From the human T2T-CHM13v2.0 reference genome, Homo sapiens, in NCBI RefSeq assembly GCF_009914755.1, contig NC_060943.1: 64,000 nucleotides of DNA, one strand, 5' to 3'. A program made the translations under genes and the position numbers. The stretch's first letter is position 1; each line of letters starts with the position of its first letter. Positions 1 through 12,500 of this stretch are shown here, piece by piece. The notes under the pieces are model-generated. The model did not search any database and had not been told where the DNA came from. It was given only the letters and a program-made list of their open reading frames with translations.

Positions 1-48
1 CACTCTGTTTGTAAAGTCTGCAAGTGGATAATCAGACTTCTTTGAGGC

Positions 49-65
49 CTTCGTTGGAAGCGGGA
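49..65 (+). promoter_or_regulatory. CENP-B box (first of 189 positions, one per dimer; last at 63983-63999)
   Basis: CTTCGTTGGAAGCGGGA matches YTTCGTTGGAARCGGGA; the next is TTTCGTTGGAAACGGGA at 389-405. About 175 of 189 keep the essential TTCG....A..CGGG bases by eye. Confidence 0.95.
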
Positions 66-520
66 TTTCTTCATATTCTGCTAGACAGAAGAATTCTCAG
101 TAACTTCCTTGTGTTGTGTGTATTCAACTCACAGAGTTGAACGATCCTTTACACAGAGCAGACTTGAAACACTCTTTTTGTGGAATTTGCAAGTGGAGAT
201 TTCAGCCGCTTTTTGTTCAATGGTAGAATAGGAAATATCTTCCTATAGAAACTAGACAGAATGATTCTCAGAAACTCCTTTGTGATGTGTGCATTCAACT
301 CACAGAGTTTAACCTTTCTTTTCATAGAGCAGTTAGGAAACACTCTGTTTGTAAAGTCTGCAAGTGGATATTCAGACATCCTTGAGGCTTTCGTTGGAAA
401 CGGGATTTCTTCATATTCTGCTAGACAGAAGAATTCTCAGAAACTTCGTTGTGTTGTGTGTTTTCAACTCACAGAGTTCAACGATCCTTTACACAGAGTA
501 GACTTGAAACACTCTTTTTG

Positions 521-545
521 TGGAATTGGCAGGGTGGAGATTTCA
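521..545 (+). repeat. 341-bp dimer variant with 1-bp insertion (GGAATTGGCAGGGTGG), 25 copies in window (first shown)
   Basis: GGAATTGGCAGGGTGGAG replaces GGAATTTGCAAGTGGAG. The copies are marked by the 25 frameshifted 'SPPCQFHKK' ORFs (478, 1839, 2860, 6938 ... 59641, 63731). Confidence 0.9.
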
Positions 546-558
546 GCCGCTTTGAGGT

Positions 559-575
559 CAATGGTAGAAAAGGAA
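559..575 (+). promoter_or_regulatory. A-box / pJalpha-like motif in the non-CENP-B (A-type) monomer, one per dimer (example shown)
   Basis: CAATGGTAGAAAAGGAA lies at the position equivalent to the CENP-B box in the alternate monomer and resembles the pJalpha consensus (CTAYGGTGRAAAAGGAA). Confidence 0.65.
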
Positions 576-3500
576 ATATCTTCGTATAAAAACTAGACAG
601 AGTGATTCTCAGAAACTCCTTTGTGATGTCTGCGTTCAACTCACAGAGTTTAACCTTTCTTTTCATAGAGCAGTTAGGAAACACTCTGTTTGTAAAGTCT
701 GCAAGTGGATATTCAGACCTCCTTGAGGCCTTCGTTGGAAACGGGATTTCTTCATATTCTGCTATACAGAAGAATTCTCAGAAACTTCCTTGTGTTGTGT
801 GTATTCAACTCACAGAGTTGAACGATCCTTTACACAGAGCAGACTTGAAACACTCTTTTTGTGGAAATTGCAAGTGGAGATTTCAGGCGCTTTGAGGTCA
901 ATGGTAGAAAAGGAAATATCTTCGTATAAAAACTAGACAGAATGATTCTCAGAAACTCCTTTGTGATGTGTGCGTTCAACTCACAGAGTTTAACCTTTCT
1001 TTTCATAGAGCAGTTAGGAAACACTCTGTTTGTAAAGTCTGCAAGTGGATATTCAGACCTCCTTGAGGCCTTCATTGGAAACGGGATTTCTTCATATTAT
1101 GCTAGACAGAAGAATTCTCAGTAACTTCCTTGTGTTGTGTGTATTCAACTCACAGAGTTGAACGATCCTTTACACAGAGCAGACTTGAAACACTCTTTTT
1201 GTGGAATTTGCAGGTGGAGATTTCAGCCGCTTTGTGTTCAATGGTAGAATAGGAAATATCTTCCTATAGAAACTAGACAGAATGATTCTCAGAAACTCCT
1301 TTGTGATGTGTGCGTTCAACTCACAGAGTTCAACCTTTCTTTTCATAGAGCAGTTGGGAAACACTCTGTTTGTAAAGTCTGCAAGTGGATAATCAGACTT
1401 CTTTGAGGCCTTCGTTGGAAGCGGGATTTCTTCATATTCTGCTAGACAGAAGAATTCTCAGTAACTTCCTTGTGTTGTGTGTATTCAACTCACAGAGTTG
1501 AACGATCCTTTACACAGAGCAGACTTGAAACACTCTTTTTGTGGAATTTGCAAGTGGAGATTTCAGCCGCTTTGAGGTCAATGGTAGAATAGGAAATATC
1601 TTCCTATAGAAACTAGACAGAATGATTCTCAGAAACTCCTTTGTGATGTGTGCGTTCAACTCACAGAGTTTAACCTTTCTTTTCATAGAGCAGTTAGGAA
1701 ACACTCTGTTTGTAAAGTCTGCAAGTGGATATTCAGACATCCTTGAGGCTTTCGTTGGAAACGGGATTTCTTCATATTCTGCTAGACAGAAGAATTCTCA
1801 GAAACTTCGTTGTGTTGTGTGTTTTCAACTCACAGAGTTCAACGATCCTTTACACAGAGTAGACTTGAAACACTCTTTTTGTGGAATTGGCAGGGTGGAG
1901 ATTTCAGCCGCTTTGAGGTCAATGGTAGAAAAGGAAATATCTTCGTATAAAAACTAGACAGAGTGATTCTCAGAAACTCCTTTGTGATGTCTGCGTTCAA
2001 CTCACAGAGTTTAACCTTTCTTTTCATAGAGCAGTTAGGAAACACTCTGTTTGTAAAGTCTGCAAGTGGATATTCAGACCTCCTTGAGGCCTTCGTTGGA
2101 AACGGGAATTCTTCATATTCTGCTATACAGAAGAATTCTCAGAAACTTCCTTCTATTGTGTGTATTCAACTCACAGAGTTGAACGATCGTTTACACAGAG
2201 CAGACTAGAGACACTCTTTTTGTGGAATTTGTAAGTGGAGATTTCAGCCGCTTTGAGGTCAATGGTAGAAAAGGAAATATCTTCGTATAAAAACTAGACA
2301 GAATGATTCTCAGAAACTCCTTTGTGATGTGTGCGTTCAACTCACAGAGTTTAACCTTTCTTTTCATAGAGCAGTTAGGAAACACTCTGTTTGTAAAGTC
2401 TGCAAGTGGATATTCAGACATCCTTGAGGGTTTCGTTGGAAACGGGATTTCTTCATATTCTGCTAGAAAGAAGAATTCTCAGTAACTTCCTTGTGTTGTG
2501 TGTATTCAACTCACAGAGTTGAATGATCCTTTACACAGAACAGTCTTGAAACACTCTTTTTGTGGAATTTGCAAGTGGAGATTTCAGCCGCTTTGAGGTC
2601 AATGGTAGAATAGGAAATACCTTCCTATAGAAACTAGACAGAATGATTCTCAGAAACTCCTTTGTGATGTGTGCGTTCAACTCACAGAGTTTAACCTTTC
2701 TTTTCATAGAGCAGTTAGGAAACACTCTGTTTGTAAAGTCTGCAAGTGGATATTCAGACATCTTTGAGGCTTTCGTTGGAAACGGGATTTCTTCATATTC
2801 TGCTAGACAGAAGAATTCTCAGAAACTTCGTTGTGTTGTGTGTTTTCAACTCACAGAGTTCAACGATCCTTTACACAGAGTAGACTTGAAACACTCTTTT
2901 TGTGGAATTGGCAGGGTGGAGATTTCAGCCGCTTTGAGGTCAATGGTAGAAAAGGAAATATCTTCGTATAAAAACTAGACAGAGTGATTCTCAGAAACTC
3001 CTTTGTGATGTCTGCGTTCAACTCACAGAGTTTAACCTTTCTTTTCATAGAGCAGTTAGGAAACACTCTGTTTGTAAAGTCTGCAAGTGGATATTCAGAC
3101 CTCCTTGAGGCCTTCGTTGGAAACGGGATTTCTTCATATTCTGCTATACAGAAGAATTCTCAGAAACTTCCTTGTGTTGTGTGTATTCAACTCACAGAGT
3201 TGAACGATCCTTTACACAGAGCAGACTTGAAACACTCTTTTTGTGGAAATTGCAAGTGGAGATTTCAGGCGCTTTGAGGTCAATGGTAGAATAGGAAATA
3301 TCTTCCTATAGAAACTAGACAGAATGATTCTCAGAAACTCCTTTGTGATGTGTGCGTTCAACTCACAGAGTTTAACCTTTCTTTTCATAGAGCAGTTAGG
3401 AAACACTCTGTTTGTAAAGTCTGCAAGTGGATATTCAGACATCCTTGAGGCTTTCGTTGGAAACGGGATTTCTTCATATTCTGCTAGAAAGAAGAATTCT

Positions 3501-6500
3501 CAGTAACTTCCTTGTGTTGTGTGTATTCAACTCACAGAGTTGAACGATCCTTTACACAGAGCAGACTTGAAACACTCTTTTTGTGGAATTTGCAAGTGGA
3601 GATTTCAGCCGCTTTGAGGTCAATGGTAGAATAGGAAATATCTTCCTATAGAAACTAGACAGAATGATTCTCAGAAACTCCTTTGTGATGTGTGCGTTCA
3701 ACTCACAGAGTTTAACCTTTCTTTTCATAGAGCAGTTAGGAAACACTCTGTTTGTAAAGTCTGCAAGTGGATATTCAGACATCTTTGAGGCCTTCGTTGG
3801 AAACGGGATTTCTTCATGTTCTGCTAGACAGAAGAATTCTCAGAAACTTCCTTGTGTTGTGTGTTTTCAACTCACAGAGTTGAACGATGCTTTACACAGA
3901 GTAGACTTGAAACACTCTTTTTGTGTAATTTGCAAGTAGAGATTTCAGCCGCTTTGAGGTCAACGTTAGAAAAGGAAATATCTTCGTATAAAAACTAGAC
4001 AGAATGATTCTCAGAAACTCCTTTGTGATGTGTGCGTTCAACTCACAGAGTTTAACCTTTCTTTTCATAGAGCAGTTAGGAAACACTCTGTTTGTAAAGT
4101 CTGCAAGTGGATATTCAGACCTCTTTGAGGCCTTCGTTGGAAACGGGATTTCTTCATATTATGCTAGACAGAAGAATTCTCAGTAACTTCCTTGTGTTGT
4201 GTGTATTCAACTCACAGAGTTGAACGATCCTTTACACAGAGCAGACTTGAAACACTCTTTTTGTGGAAATTGCAAGTGGAGATTTCAGCCGCTTTGAGGT
4301 CAATGGTAGAAAAGGAAATATCTTCGTATAGAAACTAGACAGAATGATTCTCAGAAACTCCTTTGTGATGTGTGCGTTCAACTCACAGAGTTTAACATTT
4401 CTTTTCATAGAGAAGTTAGGAAACACTCTGTTTGTAAAGTCTGCAAGTGGATATTCAGACCTCCTTGAGGCCTTCGTTGGAAACGGGATTTCTTCATATT
4501 ATGCTAGACAGAAGAATTCTCAGTAACTTCCTTGTGTTGTGTGTATTCAACTCACAGAGTTGAACGATCCTTTACACAGAGCAGACTTGAAACACTCTTT
4601 TTGTGGAATTTGCAAGTGGAGATTTCAGCCGCTTTGAGGTCAATGGTAGAATAGGAAATATCTTCCTATAGAAACAAGACAGAATGATTCTCAGAAACTC
4701 CTTTGTGATGTGTGCGTTCAACTCACAGAGTTTAACCTTTCTTTTCATAGAGCAGTTAGGAAACACTCTGTTTGTAAAGTCTGCAAGTGGATATTCAGAC
4801 ATCCTTGAGGCTTTCGTTGGAAGTGGGATTTCTTCATATTCTGCTTGACAGAAGAATTCTCAGTAACTTCCTTGTGTTGTGTATTCAACTCACAGAGTTG
4901 AACGATCCTTTACACAGAGCAGACTTGAAACACTCTTTTTGTGGAATTTGCAAGTGGAGATTTCAGCCGCTTTGAGGTCAATGGTAGAAAAGGAAATGTC
5001 TTCGTATGAAAACTAGACAGAATGATTCTCAGAAACTCCTTTGTGATGTGTGCGTTCAACTCACAGAGTTTAACCTTTCTTTTCATAGAGCACTTAGGAA
5101 ACACTCTGTTTGTAAGTCTGCAAGTGGATATTCAGACCTCTTTGAGGCCTTCGTTGGAAACGGGATTTCTTCATATTCTGCTAGAGAGAAGAATTCTCAG
5201 TAACTTCATTGTGTTGTGTGTATTCAACTCACAGATTTCAACGATCCTTTACACAGAGCAGACTTGAAACACTCTTTTTGTGGAATTTGCAATTGGAGAT
5301 TTCAGCCGCTTTGAGGTCAATGGTAGAATAGGAAATATCTTCCTATAGAAACTAGACAGAATGATTCTCAGAAACTCCTTTGTGATGTGTGCATTCAACT
5401 CACAGAGTTTAACCTTTCTTTTCATAGAGCAGTTAGGAAACACTCTGTTTGTAAAGTCTGCAAGTGGATATTCAGAACTCCTTGAGGCCTTCGTTGGAAA
5501 CGGGATTTCTACATATTATGCTATACAGAAGAATTCTCAGTAACTTCCTTGTGTTGTGTGTATTCAACTCACAGAGTTGAACGATCCTTTACACAGAGCA
5601 GACTTGAAACACTCTTTTTGTGGAATTTGCAAGTGGAGATTTCAGCCTCTTTGAGGTCAATGGTAGAATAGGAGATATCTTCCTATAGAAACTAGACAGA
5701 ATGATTCTGAGAAACTCCTTTGTGATGTGTGCATTCAACTCACAGAGTTTAACCTTTCTTTTCATAGAGCAGTTAGGAAACACTCTGTTTGTAAAGTCTG
5801 CAAGTGGATATTCAGACCTCCTTGAGGCCTTCGTTGGAAACGGGATTTAATCATATTCTGCTAGACAGAAGAATTCTCAGTAACTTCCTTTTGTTGTGTG
5901 TATTCAACTCACAGAGTTGAATGATCCTTTACACAGAGCAGACTTGAAACACTCTTTTTGTGGAATTTGCAAGTGGAGATTTCAGCCGCTTTGAGTTCAA
6001 TGGTAGAATAGGAAATATCTTCCTATAGAAACTAGACAGAATGATTCTCAGAAACTCCTTTGTGATGTGTGCGTTCAACTCACAGAGTTCAACCTTTCTT
6101 TTCATAGAGCAGTTGGGAAACACTCTGTTTGTAAAGTCTGCAAGTGGATATTCAGACTTCTTTGAGGCCTTCGTTGGAAGCGGGATTTCTTCATATTCTG
6201 CTTGACAGAAGAATTCTCAGTAACTTCCTTGTGTTGTGTGTATTCAACTCACAGAGTTGAACGATCCTTTACACAGAGCAGACTTGAAACACTCTTTTTG
6301 TGGAATTTGCAAGTGGAGATTTCAGCCGCTTTGAGGTCAATGGTAGAATAGGAAATATCTTCCTATAGAAACTAGACAGAATGATTCTCAGAAACTCCTT
6401 TGTGATGTGTGCGTTCAACTCACAGAGTTTAACCTTTCTTTTCATAGAGCAGTTAGGAAACACTCTGTTTGTAAAGTCTGCAAGTGGATATTCAGACATC

Positions 6501-9500
6501 CTTGAGGCTTTCGTTGGAAACGGGATTTCTTCATATTCTGCTAGAAAGAAGAATTCTCAGTAACTTCCTTGTGTTGTGTGTATTCAACTCACAGAGTTGA
6601 ATGATCCTTTACACAGAACAGTCTTGAAACACTCTTTTTGTGGAATTTGCAAGTGGAGATTTCAGCCGCTTTGAGGTCAATGGTAGAATAGGAAATACCT
6701 TCCTATAGAAACTAGACAGAATGATTCTCAGAAACTCCTTTGTGATGTGTGCGTTCAACTCACAGAGTTTAACCTTTCTTTTCATAGAGCAGTTAGGAAA
6801 CACTCTGTTTGTAAAGTCTGCAAGTGGATATTCAGACATCTTTGAGGCTTTCATTGGAAACGGGATTTCTTCATATTCTGCTAGACAGAAGAATTCTCAG
6901 AAACTTCGTTGTGTTGTGTGTTTTCAACTCACAGAGTTCAACGATCCTTTACACAGAGTAGACTTGAAACACTCTTTTTGTGGAATTGGCAGGGTGGAGA
7001 TTTCAGCCGCTTTGAGGTCAATGGTAGAAAAGGAAATATCTTCGTATAAAAACTAGACAGAGTGATTCTCAGAAACTCCTTTGTGATGTCTGCGTTCAAC
7101 TCACAGAGTTTAACCTTTCTTTTCATAGAGCAGTTAGGAAACACTCTGTTTGTAAAGTCTGCAAGTGGATATTCAGACCTCCTTGAGGCCTTCGTTGGAA
7201 ACGGGATTTCTTCATATTCTGCTATACAAAAGAATTCTCAGAAACTTCCTTGTGTTGTGTGTATTCAACTCACAGAGTTGAACGATCCTTTACACAGAGC
7301 AGACTTGAAACACTCTTTTTGTGGAAATTGCAAGTGGAGATTTCAGGCGCTTTGAGGTCAATGGTAGAAAAGGAAATATCTTCGTATAAAAACTAGACAG
7401 AATGATTCTCAGAAACTCCTTTGTGATGTGTGCGTTCAACTCACAGAGTTTAACCTTTCTTTTCATAGAGCAGTTAGGAAACACGCTGTTTGTAAAGTCT
7501 GCAAGTGGATATTCAGACCTCCTTGAGGCCTTCGTTGGAAACGGGATTTCTTCATATTATGCTAGACAGAAGAATTCTCAGTAACTTCCTTGTGTTGTGT
7601 GTATTCAACTCACAGAGTTGAACGATCCTTTACACAGAGCAGACTTGAAACACTCTTTTTGTGGAATTTGCAGGTGGAGATTTCAGCCGCTTTGTGTTCA
7701 ATGGTAGAATAGGAAATATCTTCCTATAGAAACTAGACAGAATGATTCTCAGAAACTCCTTTGTGATGTGTGCGTTCAACTCACAGAGTTCAACCTTTCT
7801 TTTCATAGAGCAGTTGGGAAACACTCTGTTTGTAAAGTCTGCAAGTGGATAATCAGACTTCTTTGAGGCCTTCGTTGGAAGCGGGATTTCTTCATATTCT
7901 GCTAGACAGAAGAATTCTCAGTAACTTCCTTGTGTTGTGTGTATTCAACTCACAGAGTTGAACGATCCTTTACACAGAGCAGACTTGAAACACTCTTTTT
8001 GTGGAATTTGCAAGTGGAGATTTCAGCCGCTTTGAGGTCAATGGTAGAATAGGAAATATCTTCCTATAGAAACTAGACAGAATGATTCTCAGAAACTCCT
8101 TTGTGATGTGTGCGTTCAACTCACAGAGTTTAACCTTTCTTTTCATAGAGCAGTTAGGAAACACTCTGTTTGTAAAGTCTGCAAGTGGATATTCAGACAT
8201 CCTTGAGGCTTTCGTTGGAAACGGGATTTCTTCATATTCTGCTAGACAGAAGAATTCTCAGAAACTTCGTTGTGTTGTGTGTTTTCAACTCACAGAGTTC
8301 AACGATCCTTTACACAGAGTAGACTTGAAACACTCTTTTTGTGGAATTGGCAGGGTGGAGATTTCAGCCGCTTTGAGGTCAATGGTAGAAAAGGAAATAT
8401 CTTCGTATAAAAACTAGACAGAGTGATTCTCAGAAACTCCTTTGTGATGTCTGCGTTCAACTCACAGAGTTTAACCTTTCTTTTCATAGAGCAGTTAGGA
8501 AACACTCTGTTTGTAAAGTCTGCAAGTGGATATTCAGACCTCCTTGAGGCCTTCGTTGGAAACGGGATTTCTTCATATTCTGCTATACAGAAGAATTCTC
8601 AGAAACTTCCTTCTATTGTGTGTATTCAACTCACAGAGTTGAACGATCGTTTACACAGAGCAGACTAGAGACACTCTTTTTGTGGAATTTGTAAGTGGAG
8701 ATTTCAGCCGCTTTGAGGTCAATGGTAGAAAAGGAAATATCGTCGTATAAAAACTAGACAGAATGATTCTCAGAAACTCCTTTGTGATGTGTGCGTTCAA
8801 CTCACAGAGTTTAACCTTTCTTTTCATAGAGCAGTTAGGAAACACTCTGTTTGTAAAGTCTGCAAGTGGATATTCAGACATCCTTGAGGGTTTCGTTGGA
8901 AACGGGATTTCTTCATATTCTGCTAGAAAGAAGAATTCTCAGTAACTTCCTTGTGTTGTGTGTATTCAACTCACAGAGTTGAATGATCCTTTACACAGAA
9001 CAGTCTTGAAACACTCTTTTTGTGGAATTTGCAAGTGGAGATTTCAGCCGCTTTGAGGTCAATGGTAGAATAGGAAATACCTTCCTATAGAAACTAGACA
9101 GAATGATTCTCAGAAACTCCTTTGTGATGTGTGCGTTCAACTCACAGAGTTTAACCTTTCTTTTCATAGAGCAGTTAGGAAACACTCTGTTTGTAAAGTC
9201 TGCAAGTGGATATTCAGACATCTTTGAGGCTTTCGTTGGAAACGGGATTTCTTCATATTCTGCTAGACAGAAGAATTCTCAGAAACTTCGTTGTGTTGTG
9301 TGTTTTCAACTCACAGAGTTCAACGATCCTTTACACAGAGTAGACTTGAAACACTCTTTTTGTGGAATTGGCAGGGTGGAGATTTCAGCCGCTTTGAGGT
9401 CAATGGTAGAAAAGGAAATATCTTCGTATAAAAACTAGACAGAATGATTCTCAGAAACTCCTTTGTGATGTCTGCGTTCAACTCACAGAGTTTAACCTTT

Positions 9501-12500
9501 CTTTTCATAGAGCAGTTAGGAAACACTCTGTTTGTAAAGTCTGCAAGTGGATATTCAGACCTCCTTGAGGCCTTCGTTGGAAACGGGATTTCTTCATATT
9601 CTGCTAGACAGAAGAATTCTCAGAAACTTCCTTGTGTTGTGTGTATTCAACTCACAGAGTTGAACGATCCTTTACACAGAGCAGACTTGAAACACTCTTT
9701 TTGTGGAAATTGCAAGTGGAGATTTCAGGCGCTTTGAGGTCAATGGTAGAAAAGGAAATATCTTCGTATAAAAACTAGACAGAATGATTCTCAGAAACTC
9801 CTTTGTGATGTGTGCGTTCAACTCACAGAGTTTAACCTTTCTTTTCATAGAGCAGTTAGGAAACACTCTGTTTGTAAAGTCTGCAAGTGGATATTCAGAC
9901 CTCCTTGAGGCCTTCGTTGGAAACGGGATTTCTTCATATTATGCTAGACAGAAGAATTCTCAGTAACTTCCTTGTGTTGTGTGTATTCAACTCACAGAGT
10001 TCAACGATCCTTTACACAGAGCAGACTTGAAACACTCTTTTTGTGGAATTTGCAAGTGGAGATTTCAGCCGCTTTGAGTTCAATGGTAGAATAGGAAATA
10101 TCTTCCTATAGAAACTAGAGAGAATGATTCTCAGAAACTCCTTTGTGATGTGTGCGTTCAACTCACAGAGTTCAACCTTTCTTTTCATAGAGCAGTTGGG
10201 AAACACTCTGTTTGTAAAGTCTGCAAGTGGATATTCAGACTTCTTTGAGGCCTTCGTTGGAAGCGGGATTTCTTCATATTCTGCTAGACAGAAGAATTCT
10301 CAGTAACTTCCTTGTGTTGTGTGTATTCAACTCACAGAGTTGAACGATCCTTTACACAGAGCAGACTTGAAACACTCTTTTTGTGGAATTTGCAAGTGGA
10401 GATTTCAGCCGCTTTGAGGTCAATGGTAGAATAGGAAATATCTTCCTATAGAAACTAGACAGAATGATTCTCAGAAACTCCTTTGTGATGTGTGCGTTCA
10501 ACTCACAGAGTTTAACCTTTCTTTTCATAGAGCAGTTAGGAAACACTCTGTTTGTAAAGTCTGCAAGTGGATATTCAGACATCCTTGAGGCTTTCGTTGG
10601 AAACGGGATTTCTTCATATTCTGCTAGAAAGAAGAATTCTCAGTAACTTCCTTGTGTTGTGTGTATTCAACTCACAGAGTTGAACGATCCTTTACACAGA
10701 GCAGACTTGAAACACTCTTTTTGTGGAATTTGCAAGTGGAGATTTCAGCCGCTTTGAGGTCAATGGTAGAATAGGAAATATCTTCCTATAGAAACTAGAC
10801 AGAATGATTCTCAGAAACTCCTTTGTGATGTGTGCGTTCAACTCACAGAGTTTAACCTTTCTTTTCATAGAGCAGTTAGGAAACACTCTGTTTGTAAAGT
10901 CTGCAAGTGGATATTCAGACATCTTTGAGGCCTTCGTTGGAAACGGGATTTCTTCATGTTCTGCTAGACAGAAGAATTCTCAGAAACTTCCTTGTGTTGT
11001 GTGTTTTCAACTCACAGAGTTGAACGATGCTTTACACAGAGTAGACTTGAAACACTCTTTTTGTGTAATTTGCAAGTAGAGATTTCAGCCGCTTTGAGGT
11101 CAACGGTAGAAAAGGAAATATCTTCGTATAAAAACTAGACAGAATGATTTTCAGAAACTCCTTTGTGATGTGTGCGTTCAACTCACAGAGTTTAACCTTT
11201 CTTTTCATAGAGCAGTTAGGAAACACTCTGTTTGTAAAGTCTGCAAGTGGATATTCAGACCTCTTTGAGGCCTTCGTTGGAAACGGGATTTCTTCATATT
11301 ATGCTAGACAGAAGAATTCTCAGTAACTTCCTTGTGTTGTGTGTATTCAACTCACAGAGTTGAACGATCCTTTACACAGAGCAGACTTGAAACACTCTTT
11401 TTGTGGAAATTGCAAGTGGAGATTTCAGCCGCTTTGAGGTCAATGGTAGAAAAGGAAATATCTTCGTATAAAAACTAGACACAATGATTCTCAGAAACTC
11501 CTTTGTGATGTGTGCGTTCAACTCACAGAGTTTAACATTTCTTTTCATAGAGAAGTTAGGAAACACTCTGTTTGTAAAGTCTGCAAGTGGATATTCAGAC
11601 CTCCTTGAGGCCTTCGTTGGAAACGGGATTTCTTCATATTATGCTAGACAGAAGAATTCTCAGTAACTTCCTTGTGTTGTGTGTATTCAACTCACAGAGT
11701 TGAACGATCCTTTACACAGAGCAGACTTGAAACACTCTTTTTGTGGAATTTGCAAGTGGAGATTTCAGCCGCTTTGAGGTCAATGGTAGAATAGGAAATA
11801 TCTTCCTATAGAAACTAGACAGAATGATTCTCAGAAACTCCTTTGTGATGTGTGCGTTCAACTCACAGAGTTTAACCTTTCTTTTCATAGAGCAGTTAGG
11901 AAACACTCTGTTTGTAAAGTCTGCAAGTGGATATTCAGACATCCTTGAGGCTTTCGTTGGAAGCGGGATTTCTTCATATTCTGCTTGACAGAAGAATTCT
12001 CAGTAACTTCCTTGTGTTGTGTATTCAACTCACAGAGTTGAACGATCCTTTACACAGAGCAGACTTGAAACACTCTTTTTGTGGAATTTGCAAGTGGAGA
12101 TTTCAGCCGCTTTGAGGTCAATGGTAGAAAAGGAAATGTCTTCGTATGAAAACTAGACAGAATGATTCTCAGAAACTCCTTTGTGATGTGTGCGTTCAAC
12201 TCACAGAGTTTAACCTTTCTTTTCATAGAGCACTTAGGAAACACTCTGTTTGTAAAGTCTGCAAGTGGATATTCAGACCTCTTTGAGGCCTTCGTTGGAA
12301 ACGGGATTTCTTCATATTCTGCTAGAGAGAAGAATTCTCAGTAACTTCATTGTGTTGTGTGTATTCAACTCACAGATTTCAACGATCCTTTACACAGAGC
12401 AGACTTGAAACACTCTTTTTGTGGAATTTGCAATTGGAGATTTCAGCCGCTTTGAGGTCAATGGTAGAATAGGAAATATCTTCCTATAGAAACTAGACAG

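Noticed and set aside
225-248. Resemblance of AGAATAGGAA..TTCCTATA to Flp FRT half-sites
   Set aside because: The arms are truncated, tail-to-tail and lack the 8-bp spacer geometry; this is most likely coincidence.
265-273. STAT/GAS-like TTCNNNGAA in each dimer (TTCCCAGAA variant at 22878)
   Set aside because: It is a short motif intrinsic to the alphoid consensus, and there is no sequence evidence of function.
5111-5118. Single-base deletions at ~5114 (GTAAG) and ~53231 (TTTTTTGG)
   Set aside because: They are singletons in or next to homopolymers, and the 5114 one is absent from its duplicate at ~12254; they cannot be distinguished from sequencing error.
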